From a virus (lineage: Duplodnaviria > Caudoviricetes): a stretch of DNA of 64,000 bases. Under the pieces are notes generated by a model. That model was not told where the DNA came from and made no database searches. It saw only the letters and a program-made list of their open reading frames with translations. The position numbers were made by a program, and so were the translations under genes. How positions within the stretch are numbered: position 1 is the first letter of the stretch; each line of letters starts with the position of its first letter. The stretch lies in the IMG/VR virus record IMGVR_UViG_2773857811_000001, positions 3,742 to 67,741 of that record. One strand, 5' to 3'. Positions 56,523 to 64,000 of the stretch are shown in pieces.

Positions 56523-56945
56523 CTAGCCAGTTTTTTGTTTTAACAGTTGTGGCAACGCCAAAATACCGATGAAGTAAAAAAAGCTTTTTAGTGTGGCGTA
56601 TTGTTTTATAGCTTGTTGCGGAAGTTCGCTGAAATTAAAGCCAAATTGTTGTAGTTCCGCTTGGCTAAAACTGCCGAGTGCAAAGACGAAAATGCAAACG
56701 CCACACAAGTAGGAATGTTGTCCTTGAATGTGCAAGTTTTTGGTGTACGGAATCGTTTTTTTATATACCCAATAAATCACGAATGACATCAACAGCAATA
56801 TAACAAGTTGAATATCGGCATTGATTTCCGGCACAAGTGCAAAGCGAGTGTAGACATAAACTAACCCGAATGTCGCCCAATAAGCCACGGTATCAATGAT
56901 GATGTCTTTTATAAAAAGCAGGTGGTTTTTTATTTTTTCGAACAT
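56523..56945 (-). CDS. Four-TM membrane protein in the immunity region
   Basis: 140 aa with four hydrophobic segments; co-oriented with the repressor. Confidence 0.75.
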   Translation of the reverse strand: MFEKIKNHLLFIKDIIIDTVAYWATFGLVYVYTRFALVPEINADIQLVILLLMSFVIYWVYKKTIPYTKNLHIQGQHSYLCGVCIFVFALGSFSQAELQQFGFNFSELPQQAIKQYATLKSFFYFIGILALPQLLKQKTG

Positions 56946-56956
56946 AGGAGTGCCTT

Positions 56957-57154
56957 ATGGCTAAAAAAGTCGATGAACAATTATGGGTTCGCGTATTGGA
57001 ACTTGAACAAACCTTAAAAGAACAAGAAAAACAAACCCAGCAAAGAATAGACGAACTTGAACAACAACACCGCGCAATTTATGGCTATTTTCAGGGGTTA
57101 TGTCTTGTCTGTTCTGCAGTAGGTTCGTTCTGTGTATTCCAGTGGGTTTTTTAA
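56957..57154 (+). CDS. Small coiled-coil protein with hydrophobic C-terminus
   Basis: AGGAG SD; 65 aa. Confidence 0.6.
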   Translation: MAKKVDEQLWVRVLELEQTLKEQEKQTQQRIDELEQQHRAIYGYFQGLCLVCSAVGSFCVFQWVF

Positions 57155-57198
57155 TAGTTAAGTATAACAAAGTAAACAAAAACAACAAAGGAAAGGGC

Positions 57199-57375
57199 AT
57201 GGCGAAAACAGGAAAAAAACGTGAGCTGAAATCCGAAATTATTGCATTTCGTGTGACGGCAAGTTTTAAAGCCGCATTGGAAACTGAAGCGGCAAAAGAC
57301 AAACGCGAATTACAAGATTTTATCCGTTTGAAATTAGAAGAATGCGTTCCCGCGTCAATGCCGGTTGGGCAGTGA
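57199..57375 (+). CDS. Ribbon-helix-helix-like regulator (possible Cox/Cro analogue)
   Basis: IIAFRVT..FK.ALE.EA..D.R.L.DFIR pattern; AAGG SD. Confidence 0.7.
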   Translation: MAKTGKKRELKSEIIAFRVTASFKAALETEAAKDKRELQDFIRLKLEECVPASMPVGQ

Positions 57376-57407
57376 TTCGGAATAGTTAAATAGAAAAGGT
57401 GGTGTGT

Positions 57408-57656
57408 ATGAAAAAAACAGATAAAAAAACGGAACAACTAGAAACATTATTCCGTTTACGTGAAGAAGCAAGACTTACTGAAGGAAGATTATTACGACAA
57501 CAGTTTAATTTGTTCATACTCCAAGATAATCTTGCAACGCTTTTAAAATCACTGGCATTTCTTGACCCAACTCGCGAATTACCTGAGTCGGTTGAGGCTG
57601 AGATAAATCAATGTCGTACACAGCTCGAAGATTTAATAGAACAAACCCTACCTTAG
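57408..57656 (+). CDS. Hypothetical protein
   Basis: AAGGTGG SD; overlaps convergent ORF 57514-57744. Confidence 0.5.
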   Translation: MKKTDKKTEQLETLFRLREEARLTEGRLLRQQFNLFILQDNLATLLKSLAFLDPTRELPESVEAEINQCRTQLEDLIEQTLP

Positions 57657-57744
57657 CTAAATCTTCGGAGGTTAAAGGGTCGGCAAGTTTAATGATTTCC
57701 CTTTGTAATTCGATAAGTTTATCAAGGTCGTATTTTTTAGACAT
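57514..57744 (-). CDS. Hypothetical antisense protein (76 aa)
   Basis: AAGGAG SD; TGnTATACT extended -10 near 57775-57783. Confidence 0.6.
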   Translation of the reverse strand: MSKKYDLDKLIELQREIIKLADPLTSEDLAKVGFVLLNLRAVYDIDLSQPQPTQVIRELGQEMPVILKALQDYLGV

Positions 57745-57800
57745 AGCGGCTCCTTGTGAGTTGATAACAAAAAAGAGTATAACAAATTAGGTGGTAAATA

Positions 57801-58043
57801 GTGAACGTAGATCATAAATGCGCAAATTGCGGAAGTAACAACATCCGTGTGCGAACTTCCGAAAAGATCGGTTTATTGTCAATCGACGTGTTGGCTTACT
57901 GCAACAACTGCGGCACAGAATTAAGAGTGCAAAGCCAAATTACGAGAGTGAGAACGCCAATCTATAACGACCGCCCAGAAGCATTAAGCGCGAATAAGCC
58001 GTTAAATCAGATTGACGAGCGTCAGCAAGAAATCGACATCTAG
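57801..58043 (+). CDS. ogr: Ogr/Delta-like zinc-finger late activator
   Basis: C..CG.....RTS...........YC..CG. Confidence 0.75.
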   Translation: MNVDHKCANCGSNNIRVRTSEKIGLLSIDVLAYCNNCGTELRVQSQITRVRTPIYNDRPEALSANKPLNQIDERQQEIDI

Positions 58044-58135
58044 TCTTTAATTCCCATCAAAATTTTTAAACACAGTCGTTTGAAGAAATTCATGCGACAG
58101 GATTTTTGCATCCAAAATTTAAGGAGAACCCAAAA

Positions 58136-58396
58136 ATGAGCAACAAAAAATACACCTACGACAACGGTAAAACACGCAAAGACCGTGTGAACGTATGGGC
58201 GTTAGAAAAACGTGTGAAAAAGTTGGAAGCGCAAATTCAAATCATCAGCCGTCACATTAATCATCAAGCTGGATTAAACCAACAACAAGTGATGTTGAGT
58301 GAAAGCATCCACGACCGAGTGGCATTGCTTGAAAAAGCCAGTTGGAGCAAGCAAGGGATGTTTGGTCGTTGGTTAAGTTGGGTTCAAGGTAAATAA
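58136..58396 (+). CDS. Hypothetical coiled-coil protein
   Basis: AAGGAG SD before ATG 58136. Confidence 0.75.
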   Translation: MSNKKYTYDNGKTRKDRVNVWALEKRVKKLEAQIQIISRHINHQAGLNQQQVMLSESIHDRVALLEKASWSKQGMFGRWLSWVQGK

Positions 58397-58408
58397 GCAA
58401 GGGGGCGT

Positions 58409-58768
58409 GTGATGTACGTTTCAGGCAAAGAAAGTGCGGCGGCAAAATTCTGCAAAGAAAATCAAATTGCAGTTGAACCGGTGCAAAGTTGGGGCGATTG
58501 CCGCCACATTATCGGCAAAAGTCGCTATCGCGTGGAATACGCTTTCAACAACCTTTCACAAAGCGAAAGAGAAATCCTGTTGGCGATGGCAGAACTCGAC
58601 ATCAACGATTTAGTTAGCACCACATTTTCAGGCGAGAAACTACACCACTACTCCGAAAACGGTCAACGCAAAATCGCCAAGGCATTTCGCAAAGTGCGGT
58701 TGATTTCGGGGATGTTTCCGAAAGGGATTACCGAACGTGAATTCACATTGATTGATAAGGCAAGTTAA
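58409..58768 (+). CDS. Hypothetical early protein
   Basis: 119-aa ORF in the early operon. Confidence 0.75.
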   Translation: MMYVSGKESAAAKFCKENQIAVEPVQSWGDCRHIIGKSRYRVEYAFNNLSQSEREILLAMAELDINDLVSTTFSGEKLHHYSENGQRKIAKAFRKVRLISGMFPKGITEREFTLIDKAS

Positions 58769-58777
58769 GGGGAAGGT

Positions 58778-59032
58778 ATGGCAACCGTTATTTTAAGTCG
58801 TGGCGCATTGAGCGTTGTGGCAAAGGAATATTATCAAAAATTAGATAAAACGCAGGAACACCTATTTGCCTACATCTACCACTTAGACAAAGGCGATGAA
58901 GAACAAGCAAGACAAGCATTTAACGAATTTATTGAAAATGGCGATTTGGCCACAAAAACACGCCAAATCTTTTTACAGAAATACAGAGAATGGGAGCAAT
59001 GGCAATCTACCCAACGGAGTAAACAATTATGA
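58778..59032 (+). CDS. Hypothetical early protein
   Basis: SD present; coupled to the next ORF. Confidence 0.75.
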   Translation: MATVILSRGALSVVAKEYYQKLDKTQEHLFAYIYHLDKGDEEQARQAFNEFIENGDLATKTRQIFLQKYREWEQWQSTQRSKQL

Positions 59033-59280
59033 GACAGAAATTTTTAGCCTTTGACCGCGCTTGCGAAACTGCCGCAGAAGCAGAACGCACCCGTTTATTT
59101 TTTAAAGCTGCTCAGTATTGGCGAACAGGCTATCACTTAGCACCTTGTAAATCTGATGCGGATTGGTGCTTTGCAAGAGCCGATTACTGTTTTAAAGCCG
59201 CAATAGATACCGGCGCAATCAAGGTGAAAAAAACAAGAATGATCGATTTTCAAGTATTTATGGGAGAAAGAGATGAGTGA
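59029..59280 (+). CDS. ANR-family-like small protein
   Basis: AA.AER...F..AA..W...........WC..RA.YC, same pattern as 5993-6190. Confidence 0.7.
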   Translation: MRQKFLAFDRACETAAEAERTRLFFKAAQYWRTGYHLAPCKSDADWCFARADYCFKAAIDTGAIKVKKTRMIDFQVFMGERDE

Positions 59281-59569
59281 GGGGATTTACATTAATTTAG
59301 ATTGCGGGGCAGAACTCCAAATTACCAAGATTGGCGACCGCTTCCAATTATTGGAAATCATTGGGAATAACGGCATGAGAAAGCCAAAAGCCCGAGTGAT
59401 TGGACGATTACATAACACGATTATGGGGGCGATAAACGAAGTCTACAACTTTTCATTAGCACAATATGAAGTGCTTTCACTCTCCGAAATGGAAAGTGCG
59501 ATCAATTCAACAAATCAAGCAATTAAAGACTACTTCGACCAACATAATGAATATTTAGCCAATTTATAA
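59273..59569 (+). CDS. Hypothetical protein
   Basis: Coupled 98-aa ORF with GGAG SD. Confidence 0.75.
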   Translation: MSEGIYINLDCGAELQITKIGDRFQLLEIIGNNGMRKPKARVIGRLHNTIMGAINEVYNFSLAQYEVLSLSEMESAINSTNQAIKDYFDQHNEYLANL

Positions 59570-59584
59570 GAGTATAGAAAGAAA

Positions 59585-61783
59585 ATGATGAACTGGGAGC
59601 AACAACGAGATGAAAACATTGCTAAACGTGCATTAGCGATGGAAGAAGCTCGTGTGGCAAGAATGGAAAGTACGTCAAAAACTGGCCGCACTTTAGACTT
59701 GCCACAAGCAACCGCTGCACAAATTGAGCTGTTTGCGGTTGCTCCTAATCATTTTGATTATGTTGAAAAACTGCTTTCCGATTTGCCACGCAAACGCCAA
59801 CGGGAACACTTCCGCAATGTGTGGTTGCGTGCTTATCGCAGTGTGAAAGATGATGGGTCAATTAGTTTTAGCTTTGGCAATAAACAAGCCCGCATTGCTA
59901 ACACAACATTGCGTGATGTGTTGACCAATCGTTTGGAAGCCGTTTTTGAGCAATATCGCATTTCTGTTTCGTGGTTGCTTGAACGCAAACGCTATTCCGC
60001 CAACTTGGCAATGCAAAAGCCTGTGGATAATCAAGGTTTGCATTTTTATCTATTAGGCGAACGCCAATTAAAAGAGATCGCCTACAAACTCGCCTTGCAC
60101 TTCAACGGATTACAAAGCGATTTCGTGGAAGATTGTGCCAATCAAAAAGCCGTTGGGCTATTAAGTGCGGTCGATTTTTCACGTTTAAGCAGTGAACTGC
60201 ACCGCCTTTGCGCTGATGTTTGCAAGAACATTGGCTTTCCACTTAAAAGCCAACATCGCCTTGAAGAAGGTAAGCGCCTTTCTGTGCAACAACAAGAAAG
60301 CGAATTGTTGCGTGTGGTGTGCGAAAAATATTGGTTCCGCACATTACGCAGCACGCAAAAACGCCTTATCGAGCATTTGGCGATTGGCTGTGGTGAAGTA
60401 TCGGCAAAAGTCAGCCCGTACATTTCAACCGGTGCATTGAGCGATTACCGCAATCAACAAAAAGCCAATCTTGAATATTTAAAACAGATGATTATTGAAA
60501 ACATTGACGATCCATCCGAACAGGTAGAATTGATGGCAATGTGGCAAAAATCTTCCGGTAATCCTGCTATCCGTTTTAACGAGATGATGAACCGCTTGCG
60601 TGGCGTAGACGAATGGGCAACGGAAAAAGGCTATGTGTCATTGTTCTTAACCATGACCGCCCCTTCATCGTTCCATGCGACACACAACAACGGCACAAAT
60701 AACAAGAAATGGAAAGGTGCAGACCCACGCACAACGCACGTTTATTTAAGCAAGAATTGGGCGCAGTTGCGTGCATTGTTTGCTAAACGTGGCATCGGCT
60801 TTTTTGGTATGCGTGGCGTTGAACCACACCATGATGCCACACCGCACTGGCACTTGCTTGTGTATGTGAAAGCGGAAGATAAAGAAGAAGTGATCCGTTT
60901 ATTTAAATCAAAAGCTTTAGAGTTAGACGGCGATGAATTCGGGGCGAAAAAACACCGGTGCCGTGTTGATGAAATCGACCCTGCAAAAGGTTCTGCCGTT
61001 TCTTATATTGCGAAATACATTGCCAAAAATATTTATGCGGGCAATCAGAAAGACGAAACATCGGACGAAGTGGAAGGATTGAAATTAGACGAAAACGTGC
61101 AACGTGTGCGTGCGTGGGCGAACCTTTGGGGCATTCGTCAATTCCAGTTTTACGGCAATCCGCCAATTTCTGTGTGGCGTGAATTACGCAAATTAGAGAA
61201 ATGGCAGTTGGATGATGTGGATGATAAGACCATTGCAGACGCGCAAGCGGTTTGTGATGTGGCTTGTTTTGCCAGTTATTTAGATTTACAAGGGGGCGCA
61301 ATGGCTAAACGTGAAGATCAGCCGTTGTGCGCGGAATATGAAGAAAGCGAGCCGAACCAATACGGCGAAACAAGAAAGAAAATTGTGGGGGTGAAAAATC
61401 GTTTCAGTTTTGCAAGCGTAAGAACAAAATTAAAAAATTGGGTTATCAAAAAAGGCACTGTGGCAGATGTTGCAACTGATGCCAATGCGGAGACCACCGA
61501 AACAGACAAGGAGCGTAGCGACGCTTGGACTTGTGTCAGTAACTGTAACCGTTCAGAAATTGAACAAAAGGTAAAAAATGCACTTTTACCGGTCAGCTTT
61601 ATGATAAGTGGTTCACAAATTGAGCTATTAGTTAAATATGGACGGTTACGGCTTAATGACTATCGCTGGATTCATTGCGAAAACGACAACGTTTTCATTA
61701 AAGAAGAAAAAATACCGCTCTTTTCTGTAAAAAAATTTAGTCAGAAAGTGACTGGATTTTGGGAAAGATTGGGGAAAATGTAG
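59585..61783 (+). CDS. A: Rolling-circle replication initiator A
   Basis: T.TAPS.FH, EPHHD.TPHWH (HUH), YIAKYIAKNI and WGIRQFQF.G motifs. Confidence 0.96.
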   Translation: MMNWEQQRDENIAKRALAMEEARVARMESTSKTGRTLDLPQATAAQIELFAVAPNHFDYVEKLLSDLPRKRQREHFRNVWLRAYRSVKDDGSISFSFGNKQARIANTTLRDVLTNRLEAVFEQYRISVSWLLERKRYSANLAMQKPVDNQGLHFYLLGERQLKEIAYKLALHFNGLQSDFVEDCANQKAVGLLSAVDFSRLSSELHRLCADVCKNIGFPLKSQHRLEEGKRLSVQQQESELLRVVCEKYWFRTLRSTQKRLIEHLAIGCGEVSAKVSPYISTGALSDYRNQQKANLEYLKQMIIENIDDPSEQVELMAMWQKSSGNPAIRFNEMMNRLRGVDEWATEKGYVSLFLTMTAPSSFHATHNNGTNNKKWKGADPRTTHVYLSKNWAQLRALFAKRGIGFFGMRGVEPHHDATPHWHLLVYVKAEDKEEVIRLFKSKALELDGDEFGAKKHRCRVDEIDPAKGSAVSYIAKYIAKNIYAGNQKDETSDEVEGLKLDENVQRVRAWANLWGIRQFQFYGNPPISVWRELRKLEKWQLDDVDDKTIADAQAVCDVACFASYLDLQGGAMAKREDQPLCAEYEESEPNQYGETRKKIVGVKNRFSFASVRTKLKNWVIKKGTVADVATDANAETTETDKERSDAWTCVSNCNRSEIEQKVKNALLPVSFMISGSQIELLVKYGRLRLNDYRWIHCENDNVFIKEEKIPLFSVKKFSQKVTGFWERLGKM
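61519..61546 (+). other. Putative P2-type replication origin (nick site) inside gene A
   Basis: CGACGCTTGGACTTGTGTCAGTAACTGT resembles the P2 ori consensus ending TGTCAATAACTGT. Confidence 0.7.
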
Positions 61784-61810
61784 GTGTATTAATCAAAAAA
61801 AGGGTTAGAA

Positions 61811-62188
61811 ATGAGTAAATTTTTAAAATTAAATTTCGTGAAAGAAAATTTTATTATGGGGAAAACTGGCAAAACATCAAAACTTGAGCATATGAGCGAC
61901 GGTTATGAGCATTTAGAAATGTATCTTAATGCCGATCTAATTACCCATTTTATAGAATGCGAAGATATTCCTTGCGATGGTTCTAGCCGTTGTGATGATG
62001 ATTTTTCAGAAATCCTAGAAACAGGAACAATTCTGTGGCTTTCAGATGATGGGGTAAAAGCAGTTGATGAAATTTGTGAACGGTTATATGACGCTAACAT
62101 CACAAGTGAGTATTCAACAAGCAAAGGTGCAAATTTTGTTTTGGTAGCAAATACTGTTGAAGATATTTTGGCACAGTTGGAATATTAG
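61811..62188 (+). CDS. Acidic hypothetical protein
   Basis: AT-rich 125-aa ORF after A. Confidence 0.7.
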   Translation: MSKFLKLNFVKENFIMGKTGKTSKLEHMSDGYEHLEMYLNADLITHFIECEDIPCDGSSRCDDDFSEILETGTILWLSDDGVKAVDEICERLYDANITSEYSTSKGANFVLVANTVEDILAQLEY

Positions 62189-62199
62189 AGGAAATAAAA

Positions 62200-62703
62200 A
62201 TGACAGATTTAACACAACTTATTAAAAACATCGAAAATTGGGCAGAAGCTCGCAATTTGATTGAAGGTTCTACACCGAAAAAACAATTCATAAAATTGAT
62301 GGAAGAATTCGGGGAGCTATGTAGTGGCGTATCAAAAAATAAAATCGACGTGGTGAAAGATAGCATTGGGGATTGCTTTGTGGTGATGGTGATTTTGGCC
62401 GCACAACGCAAGAAAGATGAAATGCGTTCATCTGCTGAAATTACTGATCAATGCAGATATTTTAACGTTGATATTGAAAGCCGCTTAATTGAAGCATTGT
62501 CAAGCTTGAATCGTTTAAGTTATGAGTTAAGTAGTCCAGAAAATATTAGTGCTTTATTTGGTTTGTTCTTTATTGAGATAGTCGAAGTTGCACGTTATTT
62601 TGATTTAGATATACACGATTGTGTGCAAGCGGCATGGGATGAAATCAAAGACCGCAAGGGGCGTATGATTGATGGCGTATTTGTGAAAGAGGGTGATTTG
62701 TGA
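62200..62703 (+). CDS. MazG-like nucleotide pyrophosphohydrolase
   Basis: WA.ARNL, KL.EE.GEL, D.IGD and EIKDRKG.M.DG.FVKE motifs. Confidence 0.88.
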   Translation: MTDLTQLIKNIENWAEARNLIEGSTPKKQFIKLMEEFGELCSGVSKNKIDVVKDSIGDCFVVMVILAAQRKKDEMRSSAEITDQCRYFNVDIESRLIEALSSLNRLSYELSSPENISALFGLFFIEIVEVARYFDLDIHDCVQAAWDEIKDRKGRMIDGVFVKEGDL

Positions 62704-63035
62704 TTACAGAAGAAGAAAACACAACAAAATCCGAGCGCACTTTAACGATAAAGGAGGTCGCCGACCTCCTGAATTTAAGTTATAGCACCGTTTTTGCACA
62801 CCGTTTTAAATGGGGCTTTTTCCAGATGGAAGGTTCGAAAGCTTGGCGCGTTTTTAGGGAAGATCTTGACCGTTGCAGAAAAAGAAAAAATAATGTCATC
62901 CGATTGGTTGGATTGACTGATATTAAAAATGGAGGAAAGAATAAATGTCAATCTACAAGAGAGGAAACACATATTGGCTCGATATTACAACACCGAGTGG
63001 CGAACGAATTAGACGAAGCACTGGGACTGAAGTAA
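62700..63035 (+). CDS. Excisionase-like HTH protein
   Basis: LTIKEVA.LL..S.STV....G..WR...EDL; overlaps int. Confidence 0.75.
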   Translation: MITEEENTTKSERTLTIKEVADLLNLSYSTVFAHRFKWGFFQMEGSKAWRVFREDLDRCRKRKNNVIRLVGLTDIKNGGKNKCQSTREETHIGSILQHRVANELDEALGLK

Positions 63036-64000
63036 AGAAAAAGGCCCAAGAATTACACGATAAGATCAAAGCAGAACTATGGGATATGGCGCATCTTAAC
63101 AAGAAACCGCCAAAACTATTTGAAGAAGCCTTGTTGTTATTTGTGGAAGATGCCAAGTTGAAAAAGGATTTTGATACTAACCGCAGACACGCCATTTATT
63201 GGCGTTCTGTTTTTGGTGGTTGGAAATTGAGTGATATCACAGGCGAAGATATTATGACTAATTTGCCGACATACTCAACCACTCATAAAAAACCATTATC
63301 ACCTTCGACAAAAAACCGCTATCGTACGTCCATTTTGCGGGTGCTTTCACTGGCTTATAAAAATGGTTGGATTGATAGAATCCCTTATGTGAAAAAATTC
63401 GTTGAGCCGAAAGTGCGCGTGCGTTGGATTACCAAGGAGCAAGCCACAACGCTGATTTCAAACTTGAATTTGGCGTGGATGAAAAATGTTTGTTCTTTTG
63501 CGCTGTTCACCGGTGCGCGAATGACTGAAATTTTGTCCATGACGTGGGATAAAGTGGATTTTGACCACAGCATTGCGATTGTTTCAAATGACGTGGCAAA
63601 ATCAGGCAAGGCACGTGCATTACCGTTGAATAACACGGCTTTGGATTTGCTGCAAAAGCTATATAAAACCCGTCGCAATGAGTTTGTTTTTCACCGTGGC
63701 ACCGACAAGCAAATAGGGCGCATTGATTGGCATGATTTTCATCAAGCATTGGAGAAAAGCAATGTTCAAAATTTCCGCTTTCACGATTTGCGCCATACTT
63801 GGGCAAGCTGGCACGTTCAAGCCGGAACGCCACTTTACACGCTAAAAGAAATGGGAGGTTGGGAAACGTTAGAAATGGTGAAAAAATATGCACACTTAAA
63901 CGCTGACCACATGATTGAGTTTGCGAATAATGTCACATTTACGCCACACGAAGATGACGATTTCTCACAAGAAAATTTTTTCAATGTAGTAAATTATTGA
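62945..64000 (+). CDS. int: Tyrosine integrase
   Basis: TGAR..E, K, FHDLRHTWAS, GGW and YAH catalytic motifs. Confidence 0.96.
   Translation: MSIYKRGNTYWLDITTPSGERIRRSTGTEVKKKAQELHDKIKAELWDMAHLNKKPPKLFEEALLLFVEDAKLKKDFDTNRRHAIYWRSVFGGWKLSDITGEDIMTNLPTYSTTHKKPLSPSTKNRYRTSILRVLSLAYKNGWIDRIPYVKKFVEPKVRVRWITKEQATTLISNLNLAWMKNVCSFALFTGARMTEILSMTWDKVDFDHSIAIVSNDVAKSGKARALPLNNTALDLLQKLYKTRRNEFVFHRGTDKQIGRIDWHDFHQALEKSNVQNFRFHDLRHTWASWHVQAGTPLYTLKEMGGWETLEMVKKYAHLNADHMIEFANNVTFTPHEDDDFSQENFFNVVNY

Larger units (their letters stand above)
34740..64000 (+). mobile_element. P2-like prophage (continues from 1-180; both att ends lie outside the window)
   Basis: N, M, L, X, lysis, R, S, T, V, W, J, I, H, G, FI, FII, E, U, D, repressor, ogr, A, xis, int. 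Confidence 0.95.

Noticed and set aside
1-64000. CRISPR array, rRNA or IS element
   Set aside because: No regularly spaced repeat-spacer array, rRNA-like sequence or IS transposase was recognised.

Overview
The window holds two nested temperate phages from a Pasteurellaceae host, inferred from many AAGTGCGGT uptake signal sequences. A complete Mu-like transposable prophage (181-34739, TG...CA ends, CCAAG 5-bp target duplication) has inserted into codon 36 of the major capsid gene of a P2-like prophage. The rest of the P2-like prophage (head completion, lysis, tail, immunity, replication, xis/int) fills 34740-64000. The most novel signal is a 75-nt tRNA-like RNA with its own TTGACT-N17-TAGATT promoter, transcribed convergently against a MuF gene that has a nuclease-like C-terminal extension, where an immunity gene would be expected. 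Other notable observations are a (CAAA)13 slippage tract in front of the mom-locus adenine methyltransferase, a fully overlapping antisense gene pair between MuA and MuB, and a tail-fibre/chaperone module shared by the two phages. The P2-like prophage also has a relocated tape-measure gene, a toxin-antitoxin-like moron and a Lamassu/ABC-3C defence operon. All product calls rest on motif recognition and gene order only; no database searches were run.
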